The translations under genes were made by a program, and so were the position numbers. DNA of 64,000 nucleotides from Cycas panzhihuaensis (lineage: Eukaryota; Plantae; Cycadophyta): the NCBI GenBank assembly GCA_023213395.1, contig CM041465.1, forward strand, positions 233,375,741-233,439,740, in the 5' to 3' direction. The notes beneath the pieces were generated by a model. That model saw only the letters and a list, made by a program, of their open reading frames with translations, made no database searches and was not told the DNA's origin. Of the stretch, positions 41,264-55,581 are shown one piece after another; positions within the stretch are counted from its first letter, which is position 1, and the number at the start of each line of letters is the position of its first letter.

Positions 41264-42910
41264 TACTTTAAAATAAAATAAATGGTAGTTCCCTAGTATG
41301 GTCACTAAAAAGATAGTGCATTCTCAATAGGACCTAAACCAAATATCTCTTGATTGTTAACATATTATCTTTGTTTCAATTAAAACTAGTAGATATGGAG
41401 TTAAAGAATACCTAAGTGACCACCTTTTCCCAACTCCTGAGAAGGAGTCTTCGCATAGTTATGTCATCTAGTAAAGTATAGATGGAGAATGTGATGAAAG
41501 CCATGGATATAAAGGAGGGTGGTAGGATCCACTAATCTAAACAACCGAGCAAAGGAGTTCTAGTTTCATAACTACTCTAATTATATTCTTAATTTCCTTT
41601 TTGAGGACTCCTTTTATATAATCTTTTCAACCTGTTAGGTTTTACTTGGATCTAGGAAAGGGTAAGCAAATGGAAGAATCATTTGCCTTACTTTATTTCT
41701 TTTCCTTGTTTATGTTTGCTTTGTCTTTTCTTTTTGATTTTATTCTTATTTTCTTTTTCTTTTTTTGTTTCTTTTTTTGGGGTTTTGGTGTTATATTTAA
41801 CAAAATAAAACATAGAAAACAAAATAAATATAAACAATCTATGAAACTAAATGGCCTAATCTATTTTCAATCAATAATCAAAAGGAAACCAAGCTAGAAA
41901 TAGATGCATGTAATATATTTTTATGTATTTTTTCCTTTTTGTTTAAAAAATGAGAGATGTAAATGCAAAAATGAAAATATCTTTCTACATGCAATATGCA
42001 CACTTTATAATGAAATGAATGACACTATTAATAAGTGCAATATGCTATATGTTTATTTGTGCAAGTTCTCCAAATAAAATAATGACATGAAATGCTATTT
42101 AGAAGATATCACCTTACATGCATGTAACTGTTTCTTTAAAGAGATAATGTATAATGCAAAAAAGAAAGAGATTTCAAAAATATGTAACTATTATTTTTAA
42201 ATGATTTTTTAGACCTATGAAATTGTATGCAAATAATAAATCTGAACCATAACTCTTATACAAGATACTAGCTTTAAAGTTTCTATCATGGTTGGAGTAA
42301 GAAAGACTCCAAAAAGATCCTTAAACCATTAACGAGCTAAAAAATGAAACATGCATTTGCTATTTAACACTTTCAACTTTTCTTTTAAAGGGAAAAGAAG
42401 TAAACTCAAGAGTGAAATTAAGTAAACCATAAAACTATAAGATTGAAACTTCATTCATATTGTAAAACCCTGCCTCAAAATGATAATTTTCCTTTTAATT
42501 GATCAATCTTCTCAAATGCTTTCCTTAGAAACAAATCAAGGGAAAGTAACAACAAACAAGAAAGGCTAAACCATAACCAAACAATGCCAAAGTAAGTGGA
42601 AAATTACCTGAAATATAAACTATTGTGTAAGAATAGGAAGAGGTAGTTAGATAAATGGTGGAGAGATGACCATGCTCCACCCTAGTCTAACCCTTATAAA
42701 CCCCATAAAGGGCTAGACTTTCAACAAGTATTTCAAAGCCTAAAACATGTATAAAACCAATGTAGTAATTAGCCAAAGGAAAGAGTGATTTCTAAGCAAA
42801 AAGAACCTTTAAAATACTATGAGATGAACTAGAAACTAAATAGGAAAGACCTTACCTATTTAGAAAAAGTTTGAAGCTTGAAACTTTGAAAAAAATCCAC
42901 AAAAATAAAA

Positions 42911-43460
<550 letters not shown>

Positions 43461-46400
43461 GAAAGAGGCTTCAGGTCAGGACCTGAAACAAAGCAAATAC
43501 CCTCTATTCATGTTCAGGAGGGATATGGGATGAGGGAGGTCCTCATCCTCATTATCAGACTCATTGTTACTCAACATGGCAAGGTACCGATAACTCCCCA
43601 CACCAATAGGGGAAAAATAAATAAGGTTGGAGGAAGAAGGGGAAGGGCCTTCTTCTAAACAAGACAAATTAGGAATGTTGATGGAGCAAGCGGAAGCATG
43701 GGCAAAGGGGCCCTTGTTTCCCTTTGTCGGGTCATGAACCACTTGACATGATTGATATGATTGCTTGCCAGGAGGAGGCTCTTAGGGAACAACCGTCATT
43801 CACCCCTCGTGGATGAATTTGAGTTGCCTCCAATAAGACGAACACATGGCTCCCATTTGGTCAAGCCATAGACATCCTAACAGAAGGTTGTAGTCCATGT
43901 TTATGTCAAGGACTACGATGTCAGTGAGGATGATTTTATCCTTAAGGGTAAGAGGAATGGAGACAGACCCCAAAGGTGTTTTCTTGATACCATCGTAGCC
44001 TTGACAAGGGTATAGCATGCCCAACTCTTGCATGATTCACAAGGGTATACCCAACTCTTGCATGATTCACAAGGGTATAGCATTGATAGAAGAACTGTTG
44101 TCTATAACAGTTCTTCAAAGAGTGCACTCAAGAGTGTCTATAGATACAGTGAAAGGGTAGTGCCATTAGCATTCCCTTTTACTAGTTGGAGGGAGATCTT
44201 TAAGGTTAAACAAGATAATGGGTTCATGGCTTGGGGCAACACTCAGGAGTGTTTATAGATATAGTGAAAGGGTAGTGCCATTGGCATTCCCTTTCACTAG
44301 TTAGAGGGAGATCTTTAAGATCAAATGAGATAATGAGTTCACAGCTTGGGGCAATACCCAAGGCATGAACGAAAGCATCAACTAATCCTAAAGTCTCTAA
44401 GAGGAGAGCACGCTACTTTGGACAGCTCCTCAAGGCATCCATTATGGATGTCCCTGTAGTCACAGTGTGAAGCTCGTCGATGATGGAGAAGGGATTCCCC
44501 TTTATGGTGGGTTGGAGAAGCACCCTTCAAAAATCATATCGACTAGGGAAAATGGGAATCATCTTAGGGAGCAGTAGAATCTCCAAAGGAGGATTCTCTA
44601 AAGGAGGGTCAAGATGAGAGGAAGAAGAAGTACCTATGGCTTCTTTGGCTGCTTGAGACTGGGTCAAAGCATATAAAGGTATGGTCTCAAGTATTTAGAT
44701 AACTCTCTTTCCCTTATTTCGAGATCAAGATGGAGAAGGGGTTTGGGGGTGAGAATTGGAAGAGGAGGACGAGGTCCTTACCCATTTTCCCTTAGCTTGC
44801 ATAGGGCAAGGGTTAGGGGATCTTCTTCTATTTCAATTTCCCCTTTGTTGGGTATGTTGTTCTCATTCCACATGTTTGGGGAAGGGATCTCTATGAATAG
44901 GTTGGTCCAAGTTGTGCCTAGACGCCTATTTAGGAGAGGACTCACGATGCAGGATAGATTTGGAGTGTTACGCCCTACATTATAAGTCCTCATGAAAGCA
45001 CTCACCATGAATAGAACAACATTTATTCTCTAACGAAGAGTTTGTCTTCTTCACTTGAGAAGTATGGGTATTTCTATTCTTGGGAGGCACAGCTTGGGAA
45101 GTTTAATGAACAGGTTTATGGGAAGTTGGCCATGAAGGATGGGCTTGGAGTTTAAGCTCCTTCATTGTATATTCAAAAGAATGTATAACAGAAGTCAATG
45201 GGTCCAAAGTCTTCTCCGTCAAATGGGTTGAAGACTTGGAAGGTTTGGGTTTTGGTATCGCGGGATGGAGAGTGTGCCTCACATCGTTACAATGGCCTAA
45301 GAGGTTTCTTAAGACCCGATTGGATCTTAATAGCCTTGAGAGCTAAACATTTGGCTATGGAAGAGTCACATGTTATTGCCTCATCTTGAGAACTTCAACA
45401 TGTACTTTAGGACAACGAGTATTTACAAAAAGATCCCTTCTTAACTCCTCGGGCAAGGTTGCCTTCGTGGAGTAAAGGAGATCATGAAAATGCCTAACAA
45501 AGTCACGATTCATTTCCTTGTGACCTTGTTTAAAGGATAAGAGGGCCTTCATTCTACTCTTGAAGGTATGAGCAATGTCAAAGTAGTTGACAAACTCATC
45601 CACGAGCTATTGGAATAAGCGAATTGAATGTGTGGGAAGGCGATAGAACTATTTAAGGGCATTGCCTTGCAAAGAATATGGGAAGAGCTTCATCAAAATA
45701 TGATCGTAAGCCCAATAATTGATACACACCATAGAAAAGCTTCTGACATGTTCTATTAGATCTTAAGAAGAGGTCCCATCAAACTTGGGTACCTCGGGAG
45801 GATGAGGCGGTAAGTTAGTCCTTAACATCTCGATCGACAATGGAGTTGACTTATAGTCCACAAAGGGACGGGCCCTTAGTTAAACTATCAAGTCAATGAG
45901 AGACAAAGGAGGAGGTAGGTCAGGGTGCCCAAATCCTCCTTGGGAAACTTGGCTCAAAAGGGGATATGAACTTCCTCCCACTTAGTGGAAGGGGACTAAT
46001 CCCTGATACGAGGGGATCAGAAAAGGAGTGGATGGGTAGGAAGGACCCATCCCCCCTTGAGGGTATGCCCCTTATTGAAAGGGGGCTTGGGAGAGGGTGC
46101 CTTGAGGAGGGACTTGTCCTCCTTACGAAGGCATCACATAATAATAGATGTAAGAAGAAAGAATAGATGGGTATGAGACCAAATTTTACCCATATAGGCC
46201 ACCTATAGGTGGTGCAATGCCATATGGGCACAAGGGGTCCACCCTATAGATGGGAAGAGGATTCCCTTTACCATGCCCCCATGGTTGGGAGGTGTATCCT
46301 AGGATAACGTAAAGAAAGGAATCCTTGGGTTGAGCTTAGGAGTGCGTGGGGGCCTGTCCCATTCAACTAGAAGTAGAGGGACAAGTAGGCCCCCTAGGTC

Positions 46401-49400
46401 TAACAGAAGGTGGATGAGCCACGGTTGGTTGAGACGTAATCGCTTAACTAGGAGGAGGCATACTCAACCCAAGTTGGGAAGTGGGTATACCTTGAGTAGT
46501 CCATAAAGAATGTGAGCCACTAGAAGAGGAAGAAGCAAAGAGGGATGGCCTTGTTATAGATAATAAAACTAAGTGGGATGAGTGTGAGGGTGCAGATGTG
46601 GAGGAGGAAGGTGCCACATTCATAAGATGCTTTCCAACCACTTAGGAGGCATTTAGAGACTAGTCACTTGGAAGCATTGATTAAGCACTTCCACCACATT
46701 TGTAAGAGGGGTTCCCACTTGCTCATATGAGGTTGAAGGATCCTTATATAAAGCGAACCCCATAAGACGATCCTCATGGGAATTGTCACCAAGATGGTGA
46801 TACCCCGTGGGGGAAGAAGCTTCCACATCATAGGTGAAAAGATGATGGATATCCAAGTGCTCTTGATCACCCGAATAGAAGATGGGGTCTTCACCCCCTT
46901 GGGTGGGACCTTAAAAAGAAGTTGAAGGTTGTTGGGTTTCAGAAACGTAGGTATGGGATGCCCAATCTGAAGAGAATCCCTCCATAGTTGATTCAGAATC
47001 AGACAACGAAAGGTGGGAATAAGGAGAGTCTTCCAAAGAAGGAGGGAGACCTTGAAAATGATGGAAGAATTATCACATATAAGTCCATCCTAAGATTTGG
47101 AAGAAAGAGGAATAAAAAAATGACAGATGTTGGGGGTTGCCTAATGAATCGAGAAGGATTACCAAAGGAAATATAGCAGTAACAAAAAGGAAACTAAGAT
47201 AGACCCTTTAACCGATGAGTCCCAAATATTATTGCCAATGGAAGCATACCTCTAGGGGTCACTAAATGCAAGGAGATCAAGCCTATACAATCAACAATTA
47301 TGGGGCTAAAGGATCATTGGAAGCAAATGAAAGGGTTATCTACAAACCAAGATCCGTCATCTAATGCGTTCAAAGACACATTAATTATACATAAACCTTC
47401 CCTTATGGTGAGCACCTTGTTGGATTCAAGATGGGCAAGGGGGCTCCCTCAGTTTGCTGAGTAGCCTTAAAGGGACTCTCTCCTATCCTGACTGCTTGAG
47501 TAAGGAGAGTGGAGATGGAAAGATGCCTTTCCTAGGTAGGAGAGAAAGGAGGAGGTAGACCCTAATGGAGAAAGGGAATACCTACAAACAAGAAATGAAT
47601 GGAGGGTAATGGAGATGCAAAGAGGAAGTTGGGTGGAAAAGGACCAACTCCTGAATGGAGGTAAGGCAAGGTGATGCCCTGCCGAAAGGAGGCACCTTGA
47701 GGAGGATCCTCTCATGGTACCAACACCCTAGGCAGGTGGCTAGGTGTGTGGGCATTATATAATGTGTCTTTTATTTTGCCTTATGGTGAAATAGAGTGGT
47801 GTTATAGAAAGTTATCATCTTTTATTTATCACAAATTAAAAGGAATAGAAGAAGAGCAATAATACCTTCCCTCAAATTTCTTTTGTCTCTCTCTCTTTTC
47901 TTTTATAGATGTTAATAAAAGCAAAAGGAACCAAGAAAGTAGGAAAACTGCATGAGGGAATGCAAAATCTAGTGCAAGCTACCCTAGTAGTATGTGGGGA
48001 AAATGTGGTGGTTGAGGAACTTGCAACCCTTTATCCCCTTACCCTAATAGATGTGAGAGTCATGCAAAAAAGAGAGGGGAGGAATGTAACAAAGATAGGA
48101 AGCTAATCCACTAGTAGAGTTGATGCCTACATATGCCAAACAGTTATTCCTTTCCCTAACAAACAAATCAAGCAAGTCGCAAGTAGCAAAGTAAGCATAA
48201 CCTTTATTTTCTCTTTTTACTTCTTTTCTTCCTTAGGAAAAAAGGGGAGAAGGGTGAACAAGGAAGTAGGGTAAGAAGGAGTGCACTTGGAACCGAGATG
48301 GATGGTGTAGCAAGCCCTCCTTATGATCTACTTTCGCTCACTCAACAGCCCTTACTGTGGTTGGTGTTGTAGAGAAATACTGGTGGGGTTTCCTTACCTT
48401 CCCTAAGGACTAGTACAAAAAGAGACTAAAAGGAAAAGAGTTGCTTATAAAGAAAGTTTAAGCAATGTAATAAAAGTAAAAGGAATGTGTGTACCTTCCA
48501 CGATGACCTTCGCTTGTTCCAAGTGGCAAGACCTGCACAACAAACTATTTTCCCTTTTTCCAAGGGTGCTAGAAACACATGGGAGAAAGTATGCATATAT
48601 GCTTACTGAAAGAAAGGAGTGTGCTTTTATATAAATGTCCTTCAAATAAACACAATATATGACACAAACTTTGCTTAATATGCATGTAGAGTTCTCTAAT
48701 AGCTATGGGAAAAAAGGTGGTAAAGAGAGGAGAGAAAGGGAGCCTTAGAATGGCTAACCCTCCAAGTAAAATACCTTTATACATCCAAGCATTCTAACTA
48801 ATGGATCAAGTAAGCAGTTAAGGCTTTTAGGTAGTAGAAAAAGGTAACGAGATTTGTGAAGGATGAATTGTTACAAAAGACACAAAAGTTTCAAATGCTA
48901 CAAAAGTTACAAAATGTAGCTTTTGCAAGATTTACAAAAGTGGAGCTAAAAATTTGTAAACCATAAGGACTTGCTACAAAAAAAATTAGATCTTAAAGGG
49001 GCATAAGGGCTGGTTATAGGCATTGCAAGCAACTGCCAACGTTACAACTGACAGGATCTCCTCCCTCGAGGGTTTTTAGGTGTGCAGGAGAGGTATAGGG
49101 AGAGGAAAATTGTAAATGGTAGGGGGCTGCCCTAGAGGAGATGTCCAAGAGGGTCATAACCCTAACCTCAAACTCCTTTCTCCCTTTGTTGCACTCTTTC
49201 CTCTCGACCTTCTTGATTAGAACCTAGGAGAAACCTCAAGGTGTGAGGGAAATAAGCCAAGAAAATGAAGGGTTTGCCTTTTAGAAGAGAGGTGTGTAAA
49301 ATGGTTTTGCAAAGAAAGATAGACAAACATACAAAATAACCTCTACTACCAAGGGAAAGAGACAATATATAGGTATGAAAAAACCTTCTAACATTGGTTC

Positions 49401-50435
49401 AAAACAATTTTACCTTATGAGATGGCTGGGAAGAGGATTTCCTTTGAGGAATTGGTGAGAAATCCCTATAACGATGTAAGAAGAGAGTGCAATCTGGAAG
49501 CAAACTTGATACCAACGATTTGATGGAGCACTTGAGAGGAGGACCTATCCAAAGCTGGCTATTGCAAAGCTATGACTTAGGGTTTTCACCCTAAGGAAAG
49601 AGGGGGCAAGAGTGGAGAGCAAGTAGCAGTAGGAGAGAGCCTTCTTTTTTTTTCAAAAGTAAATAAAGAAGAGAAGAAGAATAGAGATAAATAAGCTAAA
49701 TTTTAGGTTTTTAAACCTAACCCTAACCCACCGGGTGATTAGGGATCACCCTGGGTGGGAGACAACACAGTGCCATGTGTTAGTTTCACAACTAGTGTGA
49801 AATTGGTCATGGTTAGGCCAAAAACTAAGGGTGGATAGTTGCACCGTGGTAAACTTTGCGATACCACGGAGTTTGTCATGATATCACAAATAATATTGTA
49901 ATGCGCTTAAAACTAGGTGAAAAAGAAGAGGGGAGCCTGGAAGGCTCCCAAGAAAGGGGGATCGTAGACCCCAAAAGGCAAAAATAATAAGTTGTTGGGG
50001 TGTTTAGGAGGTGTTAAGGGCTAGTGGGACCATGATAAGTGAGAAAAAGGTGGTATCTAGGCCCCAATAAGGGACAAGTGGCAAGCAAGGATGGTGATCA
50101 GGCCTAAATAGGTTGTTAGGGATTACATCACACTAAAAAGGTGGTAAAGAACAGGTTGCAAAAGCCGAGAGTGCTTGAGGGTGATGTAGAGGCATGGTGG
50201 AGGGTCATGGAGTACCATGGGATGCTTATCCCAAGTCATCATAGGCTAAAGTATTAGATGCAAACATGAGTATGTAGGTAAGCCAAGCACAATGATCATG
50301 CAATCAATCAATAGTATGCAAAACGTATCTAATGACAATTCAATGACATTCTAAAGTCAATGGAAATCAAGGAGAGAGATGTACCTACACTCACCTGAGG
50401 TGTCATCCATGTCCATTCTCGGCAACCGGGAAACA
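43461..50435 (-). mobile_element. Tat-type element 2, 5' half: LTR (50435-47239), PBS (47237-47219), gag and protease; truncated at the microsatellite
   Basis: LTR TGTTTCCC...CTTCCA; PBS TGGCAATAATATTTGGGAC; gag PEVPKFDG...ILMKLFPYSLQGNALK...LLSFKQGHKE; protease GYDG...PLGSV...DYNLLLGCLWLDQMGAMCSSYWRQLKFIHEG. Confidence 0.88.
44132..44362. repeat. ~115-bp tandem duplication (plus a 30-bp duplication at ~44020-44080) in the protease region of element 2
   Basis: gagtgt(c/t)tatagat..agtgaaagggtagtgccatt occurs at 44132 and 44247; cccaactcttgcatgattcacaagggtata occurs twice. Confidence 0.85.
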
Positions 50436-53400
50436 ATTACTTAAATATATCTCTTATGACTAAAATTATATACAACCTTATTCTACTTTCCTTTGATATC
50501 ATTTATGTTGAAGTCATATTAGCTTAAGAATTCCACCCTTTTTCTTTATTTAACATTTAGTTGTAGTTGTGTAAAAGGATATCTCAAACTCTTATGATTA
50601 GTCCTTAACTCAAAGTTCTTTCCCAATAAATAATATCTCCTCATCTTCAAGGGATATACAACTATAGCTAATTCCAACTCATGTATAAGGTAGTTCATTT
50701 CATATTCCTTTAACTTTTATAATCCATAAGACATCACTTTCTTATTTTATATAAGTGCTCCACTAATACCTTATACACATGTATCCATGCACACTATATA
50801 ATTTGCATTAGGATCTGGTAGAGTAAGAATGAGTGCAAAGGTTAGAAGTTTTATTAGGTCTTGGAATCTCTCCTCATATGTACTATTTCATTCAAACTTT
50901 ACCTCGTTATTTTTTAAGGAGGTAATTAGATGTGTAATTTTGAAGAACCCTTTAACATACTATCAATAGTACCCTATGATCTTTATGAAACTTCTCACCT
51001 CAAAAAAAAAATTAGGAGTAGGCCATTCCATAATAACTTTAATCTCTTGTGGAACAACTAAAATGTCTTCTTCTAAAATTATGTAACCCAAATATTACAA
51101 CTACTTCTAATGGAATCTACATTAGCTCAATTTGGCATATAATTTATGCTCTCTTAAAAGTTACAACTACTTTCTCAAGTGCTTATCATGTTCTTCCTTT
51201 TATTTGGAGTAGACCGATATGTCATCCAAGAATATAAGTACAAATTATCCAAGTATGGTTAAATTACACTATTCGTTAGACACATAAATATGGCTAGGAC
51301 ATTTATTAATCTAAATGGTAACATTACAAGCTCATAATATCCATGCTAAGTTTAGAATACAGTTTTATGAATATATTCATCTATGATTTAAATTTAATGA
51401 TATATTAATCATAAAGAACAACTTAGCTCTTATCATTTAGTCTAATAAATCATTAATCCTAGGGAAAGGATATTTATTATTCATTGTTGCTTTATTCAAT
51501 TATCAATAGTTGATACATAACTATAATATTTGATCTTTAGTTTCCATAAATAAGATAGGTACTCCCCATGGTAATACACTAGGTCATAAATCCTTTATCC
51601 AATAGTTTTTAACATTGTATTTTTTATTTAAATAGTTCTAGTATTAGTATATCATATGGTGCTTTAGACATGGTTTCTGCTTCTATAATTAACTCAATGG
51701 CATAATCCACCTTTATTTTAGGTGGAAACTCTAGTAATCCATTGAGAAACATATTAATAAACTCTTGTATCACTAGATAACCCTTTATTTTAAGCCCCTT
51801 TCATCTACTTTCATTATTAACATATGCTATATAGAGTAAGCATCCTTTCTTAATGATCCATTTTACTTGTATGGTTGAATTCTATCAAATGGTAATGTGT
51901 CTCTTTTTCCTTTGTATAAGTTTAGGATAATCCTTATTATTTAAGCATTTTATCATTTTATTATAACAATTAACTTTCACTTAATTCCTCTCCATCCATT
52001 CAATACCACTTATAGCATCATAGTGTCTAAGTACTAATTCTCATAAAGTGACCTAGCTACTCTACCCTTCCCACTTAAACTTGTAATTTGGAATGAATCT
52101 AGTCATTATTCTTATACTACCATTTTGCATTTTCATAGCCTCATTTATCACCATACTTGTTGGATTTTAATTTGTACCTCTCTATGATTATGATATGAAA
52201 TTATGACTATTACCAGCCTCTCAAATATTTTATTATATGCTTGCACTATGGTTGATTGGTGGTTAGCTTGTTGACCATCTATCATAATATACATCCTCAT
52301 GGTTTCCTTCCCTTTCGTTGCATCAAGTATATTTAATTACATGGAAATGTTATAGGACTTTGCTACTACACTTAGTCTCTTCAAATATCCCTAAGCATAT
52401 TATCCTTTCTCACCACAATGAAAGCAACATCTTTAGGAAAATTTAGACTAGTGTTATTAGCCTAAAGAATATTTTAGGAATGACCTATATTCTATATGCC
52501 TTGTTAAGTAGGAGGAGGTCTAAATCCCCTTATTCATTGCTTTTTCTTTTATCAAATCTTGTCCTTCTATTTAAGTAATTACCTGATCACTTTGCCCATT
52601 GATCCTCATAATATTTTACCTTCATTATTGCCTTCTCTAGGGTCTTGGGCTCCATGATTTTTATTCTACCTCTAATAACTTCATTCAAACTATTTACAAA
52701 GTTATTTACTTCTACTTTTTCTTTACAAAGATAAAGAGCATACTTTAAAAGGCTCTTGAATTGCCTTTCATACTCTTAGATTATCATATTTCCTTACTTT
52801 AGCTCATGGAAGGATTCTACTTTCTTTCTAAAATAATACTTAAAAAGGTATCTCTACTTTGAGTATTTAGAGAATTTACTCTATTATAATTCACTTTCCT
52901 TGATATTGTTTACCCTTTTATAGTGCTCCCACTATAGTGACATATTTCTAGTTAGATTATAAATTGTTCTTTATTCTTTCCCCCTTGATTTAAAACCATG
53001 AAGTCAAAATTACCTTTTCGTGTTTACAAGATATGCTTTTGCTTCATTACCATACTTGATTTTACCAATAAAGGTAGGTAGTTTATCTTTTTTAAATTCA
53101 TATTATAATCACTTCCTTATTAAGTTCTGACCTCTTAAGCTCTTTCCTCTTGAGAAAAATGATATGGATCTTGAGCACTTAATCTTATTAGACATCAACC
53201 CTCTTTCATTACCACTACTCACATGAATACTTTGTTTCTTGACTCCTTAAGTCCCTTCTTATCAAATATTATTTTGTTTTAATTCTTATTCCATAACTAT
53301 TACTATTTTAAATTTATTTTATTCCTTGTTATTACCTAATTGTCCTTTGAATGTTTATAATATCTTTTAGGATTTGGTCATTATCTTCTTTATAATTGTG

Positions 53401-54317
53401 AATTTATTCTTACAACCTCCAAATGTTTTGATGAGCTTCACTTAGGGCATCCCTAATTAATTTCTTCTTATCAATGATCATCTACTAATCCCATATCTTC
53501 ATCATGCAAGTTGCCTTGGCTTAATTATCTAAATTGTGTACTATACATTCTTCTAGCCCTCTTTATTTCTTTCATAATGTCAGCCTTCAAGGAGAAATAC
53601 AAAACAGTATAGAATTTTTCCTAATACTTAAAGGAGAAGTTTTAGAATGTCAAAATGCTTCTACACACTAATTTTTAATTGATTTCTATCTACCATATGC
53701 AAGTTATAACATCAACATAGAAAATCACAAATTATAAAATTCTTGTTAAATGTTGCAAAATTAACATCAGAACTATCAAGGGTAAATTAGTTTGAAATAT
53801 TATTGCAATGTTATCTATAAATTTCTAGGTTGATTTGAGCTTATAGGAGGAATTTATAGTCCCAATGAATTACACAATAACCACTTCTACTTTCCTTTCT
53901 TTACTCTATAAATTCTTTAAAGTTGACTAAGTTTGAATCAATCCCTCAACGCTTGATCTCAGTCATTCAAGTTATTCTTCTACTCTTTAGGAAATGTCAA
54001 GAATTATGTGAACTTGCAATCTTATTTTATTGATGTTAGTGAGGGTCTCTTAGAAAATTTTTATTGACAAAAATCTAGATGCTTGTGTTGAGGGTAATAA
54101 GATAACTCTTTTTATAAGATCAACCAAAAAGGAAAATAGGGTGGTGCACTACCTAGAGGCAAAATGTGCAGATGAGAGGAATTACAGGAAAGGAATATCT
54201 ATAAACCTCATATATCCAGGTGAGAAGATTTGTTTCGCTAGTATCATCCTATTAGTTTTTCTTTGTTTTGATTATTTGTTAAGGAAATTGTCCCTTTATT
54301 AGTTTACGTAGAAGTTA

Positions 54318-55580
54318 TGGAGGATATGGCATAAATAGACTCCTTGAACCTGACTTAAAACTCTCCCCTAAGGAAAACATACCTAGATGTTCTGAAAAAT
54401 AGAAAAATGGAACCCCTCGAGATAAATCCAATTATATAAGACAAGATAATAAAAATTCTCATTTCTAAGAAGTTAACTAAGCATAATGAAAAGTATCAGG
54501 AGCAAAACTTGGTTAGAAGATTTTTTAGGCCAAGACTTGGCTTGGATATCATAAGAACATGGATAGTAAATAGATGGAGGATAAGGAACCCCATGGAGGT
54601 AATGGCATTACTCTAAGGGTGTGTTCTTTTCAAATTTATAAATTAAGATGACATAGTTAATATCCTCTTGAGATCACCATGGATTTTATGTAAGAAAGCT
54701 TTGTTTCTAGAGAAATAGTACCCAAATTTTGATCCCACACTGTCAACAATTATATAGGTTCTAGTTTGGGTGTAGATGCAAGGGCTCCCTCTCTAAGTCT
54801 AAGACTTGGAGGTGATTAAGGGGGTGGAAAAAACCATTGGTCCCTTACTTTTTATAGATTTGACAACAAAGAATTAGAGAAAAATAATAAATGCTAGATT
54901 TTGCATATTAGTAAGGCTTGATAAAGCCCTCCCAATGTGGGTGACAATTAAAACTAAGTGTTGAAGTAAGGATAAAAATCTAATTTACAAATTAGAAAAC
55001 ATCAAGTGTATAGTTTACAAACAGCTCAGACATATTCCCCAAATTTGCCTGGGGAGATAAAGTAGGAAGAGGAAGGGGAGCATGATGTAGAGAAGAATTA
55101 ATATTTAAAGAGGCAAAACCTTATCCCTGAGGAGAATGTTGGGGGGGCAAGTACAGAGGTGGATAAGAGAATTGGTCTAGATGTTGAGGATACTCTACTT
55201 GAGGTAGGAGAGGAACAATGTTAAGAAGAAAGAGTAGGTGACCACAACCTAAAGCTCCTTTAAGAGAAGAAGAAGGAGAGGGGAGAAAGCTCCAAAGCTT
55301 TAGAGTACCCAAAAGGGGTTCCTCCAGTCATAGCGTATAAGATTATGGATGGTCTGGAGTCCCATGTGAGGGAGGATAAGATAGGAAGAGATAGAGAGAA
55401 AGATTTATAGGAGGAGCAGAGGGGAATAGGCCCACGTAGGGGCCCAGATCTGGGGGAGAGAAGAGGGTAGGGAGACCTACTCTAAAGATGTTAAGGGAAA
55501 GGGAGATGGTGTCCCACATCAATCAGGGGAGCCAGTGAACCCTAAGGGGGGAGGGGAAGGCCCAAAGTTAAGAAGTAAGA
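54318..55580 (+). pseudogene. LINE ORF1 (DUF4283-type) remnant
   Basis: EQNLVRRFFRPRLGLDIIRTWIVNRW...GCVLFKF, SPWILCKKALFLEK*YPNFDP, VLVWV*MQGLPL, INARFCILV. Confidence 0.8.
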
Positions 55581-55581
55581 G

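Noticed and set aside
49712-49760. Telomere-like aaacctaaccctaaccc and adjacent imperfect hairpin
   Set aside because: Only 2-3 imperfect units inside an LTR; common telo-box-like sequence, not an interstitial telomere.
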